A stretch of DNA of 64,000 nucleotides, from NCBI GenBank assembly GCA_010093745.1, contig MU005967.1, forward strand, positions 186,001 through 250,000, given 5' to 3'. The position numbers were made by a program, and so were the translations under genes. A model generated the notes under the pieces. The model was not told the DNA's origin, searched no databases, and saw only the letters and a program-made list of their open reading frames with translations. Shown one piece after another: positions 56,227 through 64,000 of the stretch; position 1 is the stretch's first letter, and each line of letters begins with the position of its first letter. This DNA comes from Piedraia hortae CBS 480.64 (taxonomy: Eukaryota).

Positions 56227-57513
56227 TCAATAGACCGGCCAAGTAGGATCAACTTCTCTCCTCCATGCCTCCAACCCACCACTCACATCCTTCAATCGCA
56301 ACCCAACATCCAATCCCGCACTAACAGCCATCTGCGAATCATTCCCCCGTTTACAAATCACAACCCACTCCCGCGAAGCATCTTCTCCCAACCCGCGAAG
56401 CCTCCTCACCCAATCCCTCTCATCCCCCGTCCAGGGAATATTAACCGCCCCCTCGATCCTACACATATCGAACTCCGTCTCGGGTCTAATATCAACAAGC
56501 ACCATCCCCGAAGGATCCCTACCAACCCCCTCCCCCAGCTCCTTGGCGGAAATCCTATCCTCCTCGCGAAGCGTCCCTACCCCTTCACATTCCGGCACCA
56601 CATAATTCTCCTCAGCGAACACCTCTGCCCTCCCATGCACCACACACTCCCTCTTCCTTTTCCGAACCCTCACGGTCCTAAACTGCGGAGCCTCATAGCC
56701 CGAAAATAGTAACATCGTCCCCGCCGACGAAGTATCCCTACCCGTAACCACCTTAATCGCCTCAAGGGCCTGCATCGTCCCCATCACCCCAACAACAGGC
56801 CCCAAAACCCCCGCCTCACTACACCTCTGCATCGCCCTCCTGGGCGGCATGGTCGGGTAAAGACATCGATAACAAGGGCTCCTCTCCCCATCCCGCAGGG
56901 AGTTCAACATAACAACACTCCCCTCCGTCCGTAGCGCGGCGGCAGAAACTAACGGCTTGTCAGCGACAACGCAGGCATCGTTGATGAGATACCTCATCCC
57001 CACCGTATCCGTGCAGTCGAGGACTAAATCCCACCCCTTAACCCTCCCCACCGCGCCTTGCGGGGTGAGGAACTCTTCGAAGACTGTATACTCAACTGTA
57101 GGGTTTAGTTTCCGGAGATTTATTTCCGCGCTCCGCGCTTTGTTGAGTCCGATTGACTCCATGGAGTGGAGGGTCTGACGGTGGAGGTTGGAAAGCTCGA
57201 CGATGTCTCCGTCTAGGAGGCCGAGTCGCCCAACGCCCGCGGCGGCGAGGTATGCAGCTGCCGGACAGCCGAGTCCGCCCAGGCCGATGATAAGGATTGA
57301 GGACTGACATAGGGCGAGTTGAGAGGATACCCCGAAGGAAGGGACGAGGAGTTGGCGAGTGTAGCGCTCATAATGAGACTGGGGGAGGGGGTGCGGGTAG
57401 GGATTCTGGTAGGAATGCTTTGCGGCCTGCTCTGCGAGATGGAGTTTGTGGCGGAGTTGTATGAGTTCCGCTTCAAGGGCGCGGATTTGGGATCTGAGAG
57501 TGGCTATATCCAT
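56227..57513 (-). CDS. UBA4: Adenylyltransferase/sulfurtransferase Uba4/MOCS3 (ThiF + rhodanese)
   Basis: GLGGLG, SNLHRQ, DCTD, PCYRC; rhodanese CKRGNDSQ. Confidence 0.93.
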   Translation of the reverse strand: MDIATLRSQIRALEAELIQLRHKLHLAEQAAKHSYQNPYPHPLPQSHYERYTRQLLVPSFGVSSQLALCQSSILIIGLGGLGCPAAAYLAAAGVGRLGLLDGDIVELSNLHRQTLHSMESIGLNKARSAEINLRKLNPTVEYTVFEEFLTPQGAVGRVKGWDLVLDCTDTVGMRYLINDACVVADKPLVSAAALRTEGSVVMLNSLRDGERSPCYRCLYPTMPPRRAMQRCSEAGVLGPVVGVMGTMQALEAIKVVTGRDTSSAGTMLLFSGYEAPQFRTVRVRKRKRECVVHGRAEVFAEENYVVPECEGVGTLREEDRISAKELGEGVGRDPSGMVLVDIRPETEFDMCRIEGAVNIPWTGDERDWVRRLRGLGEDASREWVVICKRGNDSQMAVSAGLDVGLRLKDVSGGLEAWRREVDPTWPVY

Positions 57514-57620
57514 GTTTATTGATGAGTGGGGGTTTGTACTAAGATATCTGTGTGGGGGGCTTGGCATCTTTTTTTTTTTTTTCGGTATAGACATTATGTA
57601 GGACGGTTTCGTTATTCACA

Positions 57621-59171
57621 TTACATCCATAGACACAGCTTCCCACTTGCCGTTCCGCCCGCGATCCAGTCCTGAGTGGGATGGAACTGCGCCACGGCTG
57701 GAACGGCAGTGATGGTTTCCCCGCCCAGCTGAGCCAGTTGCTGGCCTTTACCCGTGTAGACATCTACGAAACGGTTCATGTTGCCGATGACAAACCTCTG
57801 AACGCCGTCTTCGGGCTGCATTTGCCACTGCGCTTTTAGGATGGTTACCCACCTGCCGGTTTGGTTATTATGGGGGACGACCGTGGCGGGCTGCATTTTC
57901 TCATCTGGGATGGCATGCCCGGGCTTCCACTTTCCTGCGGATGAGAAGTCGTAGATTTTGACGGTGTCGTCGTAGGATGTGGTGGCTATTTGGCCAGCGC
58001 TGTTGAAGGATGCGCTCGAGACGGACAGCCGAGACGTGTGCTCGCCCATCAGCTCGGGCAGACGCTCGTCGCCGTTGCCGCTAATATTCCGTAGATCCCA
58101 GATCTTCAGAGTGCGGTCTAGACTGGCGGTGGCGAGGATGTGGGGGTTCGTAGGGTGAAGAGAAAAGCCGCCGATTTTCTTGTAACACAGCTGCATATAC
58201 TCTACCGCCTTCGGTGCGCGGATATCGTGGATCCCGAAAGCTCCATTGAGGGTCGTGAAATGGAGCAGGTTTGGGTCGTTTCGAGTGAATTCAATGCCTG
58301 ATATGGCGTCGTCGGCGTCTGTGTCAGTTGGAGCATACACTTCGACCGCCTGGCCCTTTTCGAGGTCCAGTTTACGAACCGACGAGTCATATGAAGCGGT
58401 ATAAAGAGAGCCGCTGTCCTGGAAGCTGAACTGCATAGCACAGATGGTGCGGGTGTGGATCTTGAACGTGGTGATAGCTGGCTCTTCGTCATCGTCGCCG
58501 TCCTCATCGGCATCATCAGCCTCTTGTTTGATCCGCTGCGACGCATCGAAGAGGCCAAGACTGCCCAGTTTGTCTCCCGCAAAGACCAGCGGCTTCTCCC
58601 GCGTAGGATGGAAGCCCAGACTGTATACCCTCTCGGGCGTGATTTTAATGCGGTTCGGTTCGGCGCCTTCCCACAGCTGCAGCCCGCTCATGCGCTCACG
58701 CAGGCTGCGCAGTTCTTTATCGCTTGTGTCACGCACATGTTGCGGCGTGAAGCTGCGTTCGCCAGGCTGCGCAGGGCCGACGGCTGTCAGCCAGTTGCCG
58801 TTCTTGTCCCACGTGCGGCCATTGACCACGGCATCGGCGAGGTTGATGTCGCCGCTGACGCGCTGTCTCTTGGCACGCTGAAGTTCCTGGAACGCCTCGG
58901 CCTCGGCTTCTTCCTTCTTTCGCGCAACTTCGCTATCTGGCACAATACCCTGCAGTCGCGCAGATGACCGGCGCGGGATGATGCTTTCCGCCTTCACCTT
59001 GTTCGTCTGTCGCTTACGCTTCTGGCCCGTCGCCACTGGCTGAGCCTTGGACTTGGACCCAATTCCCGTCTGCTGCGCATCTAACTGCAATTGCTGAAGC
59101 AGCGCCTGATTGCGCGCAATCTTTTCTTGGCGTTTGCGCTCATACTCGCTCACCTGGTTCGTGGGCGCCAT
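57621..59171 (-). CDS. CMR1: DNA damage-binding WD40 protein Cmr1/WDR76
   Basis: SEYERKRQEKIARNQALL, RRSSARL, TASLDRTLKIWDLR and HNNQTGRWVTILK. Confidence 0.93.
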   Translation of the reverse strand: MAPTNQVSEYERKRQEKIARNQALLQQLQLDAQQTGIGSKSKAQPVATGQKRKRQTNKVKAESIIPRRSSARLQGIVPDSEVARKKEEAEAEAFQELQRAKRQRVSGDINLADAVVNGRTWDKNGNWLTAVGPAQPGERSFTPQHVRDTSDKELRSLRERMSGLQLWEGAEPNRIKITPERVYSLGFHPTREKPLVFAGDKLGSLGLFDASQRIKQEADDADEDGDDDEEPAITTFKIHTRTICAMQFSFQDSGSLYTASYDSSVRKLDLEKGQAVEVYAPTDTDADDAISGIEFTRNDPNLLHFTTLNGAFGIHDIRAPKAVEYMQLCYKKIGGFSLHPTNPHILATASLDRTLKIWDLRNISGNGDERLPELMGEHTSRLSVSSASFNSAGQIATTSYDDTVKIYDFSSAGKWKPGHAIPDEKMQPATVVPHNNQTGRWVTILKAQWQMQPEDGVQRFVIGNMNRFVDVYTGKGQQLAQLGGETITAVPAVAQFHPTQDWIAGGTASGKLCLWM

Positions 59172-59184
59172 GATCGCGACCAGA

Positions 59185-59281
59185 ACGCGTCGACGCGTCA
59201 AAGTCGCGATTCACCATCGGGAGAACCCGCGTGATGTGACACGTGACATTCCACTTATGTGACATTTCCGTGACATTTCAT
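59185..59281. promoter_or_regulatory. CMR1/PET112 bidirectional promoter with double MCB-like palindrome ACGCGTCGACGCGT and 4x GTGACA
   Basis: ACGCGT at 59185-59190 and 59193-59198; GTGACA repeated four times in ~59236-59277. Confidence 0.5.
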
Positions 59282-59287
59282 CCACAG

Positions 59288-60955
59288 ATGCTGCGCTGGC
59301 CCGTGGTCAAGCGCTTTGTCTCTACCGAGTCCCTTCGTAAGCATGTGAAAGAGGAAGCCAAGCGCAAGAAGGCCTCAGCCAAGCCGTCCAACCCTCGGTT
59401 GGACAAATGGGAATTGACGGTTGGCATCGAAATACACGCTGAACTCAACACAGCTTGTAAGCTATTCTCCTCGGCTCCAGCCCATGGCCGGGATGGGATA
59501 CCAAATAGCAGGGTGGCCTTGTTTGATGCTGCCATACCCGGATCACAGCCTCGATTTCAGGTTGCTACGCTGTTGCCGGCTCTGAGAGCTGCGATCGCCT
59601 TGGGCAGCACAATCCAAACGAAAATTACTTGGGATAGAAAACATTACTTTCACTGGGACCAGCCGAACGGGTACCAGATCACTCAATACTACCATCCGTT
59701 TGCCAGAGACGGCCAATTGTTTGTGAACGCATCCGACGGAGTGCCTAATGAGGACCTCCAGGGTGCAGACCATCTGAGGGTAGGCATCAAACAGATTCAA
59801 ATGGAGCAAGACACTGCAAAAACGATTACAGGTCCAGATGGAACTCATCAAATTGATCTCAATAGGGCCGGAGTTCCGTTGATCGAAATCATCACCCTTC
59901 CGCAGATTCACAGCCCGCGCACCGCAAGCGCTGTCGTGAGGAAAATCCAGGGCATCCTCAAATCTGTAGGTGCTTGCGTGACTGGAATGGAGCTCGGTGG
60001 TTTGCGAGCAGATGTCAATGTATCCGTACGTCAACTCGGGGTTGACAAGCCTACACAGAGCTTCGCTGGTGTTTCGGGACTAGGGCAGAGAACGGAGATC
60101 AAGAACTTGGCCTCTTTCAAAGCAGTAGAGGATGCCATCATCTCTGAGCGTGATCGCCAAATAAGAGTCCTGGAAGCGGGTGGAGTAATCGAAGGAGAGA
60201 CGCGCGGCTGGACGCTCGGTGCTACGGAAACCACTCGACTCCGCGGAAAAGAAGGCGAGGTCGACTACAGATACATGCCCGATCCGGATCTCCCAGCTTT
60301 GACCATCGGATCCGATCTCATTGAACATCTCAGGTCCACTCTACCGCATCTCCCTGACGAGGCAGCAGCATATCTGCAAAATAAATACGGGCTCAGCGAG
60401 AAAGATGCTCGCACTCTCGTTGATCTTGATGACGGCGAGAGAATAGAATTCTTGGAGATGACAGTGGAGCAGATTCAACTAAATAGCAGGGAGGCCATGT
60501 CAAGTCAAAAAGTTGGCAAGCTGGTTGGGAACTGGATCTTGCACGAGATTGGTGGGCTGCTGACTGCGTCGGCATTGTCTTGGGCAAAGCAACCCGTAAC
60601 TGCTCGGGAACTGGCAGATGTACTCTCCAATTCGTCGAACAAGCAAATAACTGCAAGGGCAGCAAAGCAACTACTTGCTACCCTCTTTGACATTCCAAAT
60701 GGCTCGCCACGTCCAAGCGTAGAGCAGCTCATAGACGCAGGCAACCTTCGGCTACGACCGCTGTCAGACGACGAATATGTCCAGCTGGCGAGAACCATCA
60801 TGGACCAAAACCCGCAGATGGTGGCTGCAGTGCGCGACAAGGGGCAAAAGGGCAAGATTATGTGGTTTGTGGGTCAAATGGTCAGGACAGGAGAAGAAGG
60901 AACGGTGGAGCCAGAGAAGGCCAAGATGGTCGTGGAGAAACTGCTGATCAACTGA
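59288..60955 (+). CDS. PET112: Mitochondrial Glu-tRNA(Gln) amidotransferase subunit B
   Basis: GIEIHAEL, DRKHYF, GYQITQ, DLNRAGVPLIEI, RADVNVS and DYRYMPDPDLP. Confidence 0.95.
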   Translation: MLRWPVVKRFVSTESLRKHVKEEAKRKKASAKPSNPRLDKWELTVGIEIHAELNTACKLFSSAPAHGRDGIPNSRVALFDAAIPGSQPRFQVATLLPALRAAIALGSTIQTKITWDRKHYFHWDQPNGYQITQYYHPFARDGQLFVNASDGVPNEDLQGADHLRVGIKQIQMEQDTAKTITGPDGTHQIDLNRAGVPLIEIITLPQIHSPRTASAVVRKIQGILKSVGACVTGMELGGLRADVNVSVRQLGVDKPTQSFAGVSGLGQRTEIKNLASFKAVEDAIISERDRQIRVLEAGGVIEGETRGWTLGATETTRLRGKEGEVDYRYMPDPDLPALTIGSDLIEHLRSTLPHLPDEAAAYLQNKYGLSEKDARTLVDLDDGERIEFLEMTVEQIQLNSREAMSSQKVGKLVGNWILHEIGGLLTASALSWAKQPVTARELADVLSNSSNKQITARAAKQLLATLFDIPNGSPRPSVEQLIDAGNLRLRPLSDDEYVQLARTIMDQNPQMVAAVRDKGQKGKIMWFVGQMVRTGEEGTVEPEKAKMVVEKLLIN

Positions 60956-61046
60956 CGATCCTGTCGTCATCGCAAAGTTTTGCCTCCAACGTCTCGGTGG
61001 CGTTTCAGCCTCACGAGGCCGTAATGTAGAAAAAGAATTCTGAGGA

Positions 61047-62527
61047 ATGACAGGCAATCCGTTCAGAGGTGCGGGGAATGCGCACGTAGGTAGGTTTGCA
61101 GTTTGCAGCGTGGCACAAGATTGCCTTGGCGCTGACGTCGACTCGTAGTTTCGTCAGAGCCTGAGAAGACCAAGAAAAAGAAGCGCGTGGTTATCCAGAC
61201 TCCGCCACGTTCGCCAGAGGAGCCCAGAACACGGTCGCATTCGTTTCCGCCCATAGCAGAAGACAGCCATGGCAACACACCGGAGCTTACTCTGTCCCGC
61301 ACAGAGACTGATCCCGTAACACCTCTTGAAACAGATGCTAACGCAAGAGAGCAAACCGGTGGAAATCCGTTTGCGAGGCTGGCGGTAAAGCGTCAGCCCT
61401 CGAGCCGAGACGCAGGTGCGCCCCCGGGAGCAAAACAAATACTTGACGTGGACGCGTTCAAGGACATGTTGCTGGGCCGGCAACAGGACTGGACCCAGAG
61501 CCCGCGCACACATGTCACCACGGACTCGAACGCACACTTGGCGTCACAGGACTCCTCAGCTCCGAAACACACCACCAGCGACCAAATGGCCACCACCCTC
61601 GGGCTTCGGTCGCCGTTCTACGACATCCGCAACAAGTACCTGGACTATACCTTCCGCGATGACGATGACAGCGGAAGCGACACGGAGCGCTCCTATTTGA
61701 TGGGCGCAGAGGCGAGCACCAAACTCCATATGGGCTCCCCGACTCCGCCGCGCAAGAACTCCCCCCACCGCGCTCCTGTTGTCACCACTCCGCCGGACGG
61801 GCTCGTGGCGCGCCATCCCCTGGCTTCTCCTCCGCTGATGTCTCCTGCGCTGATGTCTTCGCCCATGACATCTCCCAGTAACTTGAACAAGCCGCTTCCT
61901 CCGCCGCCCCCCGAGCCTCGCATGGCCCATAGGAACAGTGGCTTGAACAAGACTTCTCTGGCTACGCCGAACACTGGTCGTCAAGTTACTCCCTCCGTGA
62001 TTACGCCGCGCTCAGATATAATGCTTCATGACTCTCCCCTTCAGGACGCAGTCGATGCCACCAATTCATTCAAAGCTTATCAGAAACAGCCGCCTCTTCC
62101 GCCTCCGTCTAGAAAGATCCAGTCTGCGGCTTTGGCCACGAAGCCCCTGCCCGAAGCGCCAACCTTTGCTCTAGAATCTCCCGGAATCCAAGCTCGTCCG
62201 AACGTTTCCCACATTGTGCCTACTTCTGGCGTATACACCCACAACACTGCCGTTATCGCACCTCTGGCCCCGCCCCGTCGACGCGGCGCATCCAAGAGCC
62301 ACGGCGAAGCATTCCCGAATCTCATGGACGAAAAGGAGTCCAACCGTGCCGATACCCTTTCCTTTGGCAGCCTTCAGCAAGCCGACCCTGAACCCCAATC
62401 TTCTGCGACGCAGTCTGAATCTACATTCAAAGGCATGCCTAACCTTACCAACAAGGACATCCTAGCCGACATGTACGCCTTGCAAGCCGAAATTGATGAC
62501 CTAAGATCAAAGGAGGCACATGGATAG
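61047..62527 (+). CDS. Proline-rich hypothetical protein, intron 61090-61148
   Basis: Spliced start MTGNPFR; LDVDAFKDMLL, NKPLPPPP and DILADMYALQAEIDDLR. Confidence 0.7.
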
Positions 62528-63082
62528 TCGCATGTACACACGATGAAAGTGTCTCGCGTTCGTAGCGTCTAGATGAAGCCATGCAGTACTCGATGATTAT
62601 GACCGTGACGTCTCCCCAAAAATGCTATGTGATACATCTCCAGAATCGAACTCATACCTTTCAAAACGAAAACCGCCTCAAAGTGAAGGGAAAATAGATA
62701 AAAAAAGGCTTAAAAGGTGGGTAATTTCCAAAGATTTAAATTGCGGCATAGTGCGGTGAGCCATGGGCACATCTGGTAAAAGGCAAGAAATGCGTTCTGT
62801 TAGCCCAACCGCGCCGTCAGAACTAATCTAGGGAAGGGGGGTATTTATATTTTATTGTGGATATGCCGAAGATTTGCCGGACTGAATCGAACGGATGGGG
62901 ACGACACAGACCTTTCCATCTATCGATGGAGTTCGTGTTGAGCCATGTCTAATTTTTAGAGCATGGGATGACGTGTGTGGACGGCTTGGTGGGTGGATCT
63001 CTATCCAAGCCCGATGCTCTCCACAGTGACATCACTCTATCGATCTTTTGCCTGGACTCACGAATACAGTACAGAGACTACA

Positions 63083-63774
63083 ATGACTGCGAATGAAAGA
63101 CCCAAGACGTCAGGTCCGGCCTCTGGCCCAGAATCGCCTTTTCCGATCAGGCTGAGTGGGAAGGTTGTCAATGGGTTTGGAAGGGGAAGTAAAGAGGTGA
63201 GTTTTTAACAGGTTTGTGGGAAGGTAAGAGACTGATGATGGGTCGATAGCTTGGCGTTCCTACGGCTAATATCCCACTATCTGGACTTTCAGTGGGTGGG
63301 CATGAGAATATCCAATCTGGTGTCTTCTTCGGCTGGGCGGGTCTCACGCCTTGTCAGGCTACGAAACAATCTCCACCCGAATCGGTGGGCAAGTACCAGC
63401 TCATGAGCGCAGATGTCAGTAAAGCGCTATATAAAGCTATACAGGATGAAAAAGGTACAGGTCAGTCTTCCGGGGCGGTATATCCTATGGTGATGAGCAT
63501 CGGTTGGAATCCCTTCTACAAGAACGAAGTGAGGAGTGTGGAAGTGCATATCATGCATGATTTTGAGACGGATTTTTATGGTGAACACATGAATCTTTGC
63601 ATCCTGGCTTTCATAAGGCCGGAGCTAGATTATGTTAGCAAGGAAAAATTGATCGAGGATATTCGGACGGATATCGATGTCGCCGGACGGAGTCTGGCTA
63701 GATCGGCCTACTTGCGGTTCAGAAAGGACGAGTATCTGGTAGAGTTCAGGGATAAAGCTGACGTCGCTGATTGA
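63083..63774 (+). CDS. FMN1: Riboflavin kinase, intron 63197-63249
   Basis: [30 protein letters not shown] and IRPE. Confidence 0.95.
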
Positions 63775-64000
63775 GTTGCGACGTCAAATATCATGTCCCT
63801 TTGTGCTCTCACTGTACTTTTCTCGGGAACTGATTCGGAGTGGGGGGGGGGGGGGGGGGAGCGGGGAGGGGGTATTAACTGGTTGAGTGCTGCTGGTACT
63901 GGTTATAGAGGGACGTGGTGTCCAAAATGCTGATCGGATCAAAGACGCGAAGCAAGCTTGATCATATTCATCGCCATGGCGATTTCATTCCTAAAGCATG

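Noticed and set aside
63842..63871. Long G homopolymer (and C run at ~51943-51959)
   Set aside because: Simple low-complexity runs; G-quadruplex potential only, with no functional evidence

Overview
Gene-dense, intron-poor eukaryotic DNA from a filamentous ascomycete. Short GT..AG introns with CTRAC-type branch sites and Pezizomycotina-style genes support this; the exact lineage cannot be fixed from sequence alone. About 30 ordinary genes are recognisable: COG6, BolA, CTL-like, RTG2, HSP20, sedolisin, cupin, PI-PLC, Wee1, VAC7, ADA1, 2H phosphoesterase, CWC24, Zn2Cys6 TF, GH76, BRCT, CAP20/perilipin, RPN6, SOF1, MTF2-like, kinesin, OXP1, UBA4, CMR1, PET112 and FMN1. Two accessory intervals interrupt them. 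The first (~12.5-21.7 kb) holds a kinase pseudogene, unidentified relics and an orphan gene. The second (~30.2-36.2 kb) is the main discovery: an island of about 9 tiny intronless paralogous genes and pseudogenes encoding Met-Cys-initiated, 7-Cys microproteins with no signal peptide (M-C-x6-C-x2/4-C...C...C-x13-C-x2-C). They are arranged as duplicated and inverted modules undergoing birth-and-death evolution, and a further copy lies at 47.6-48.0 kb. Most members are missing or mis-started in the ORF track. No rRNA, tRNA, CRISPR or intact transposon could be supported.
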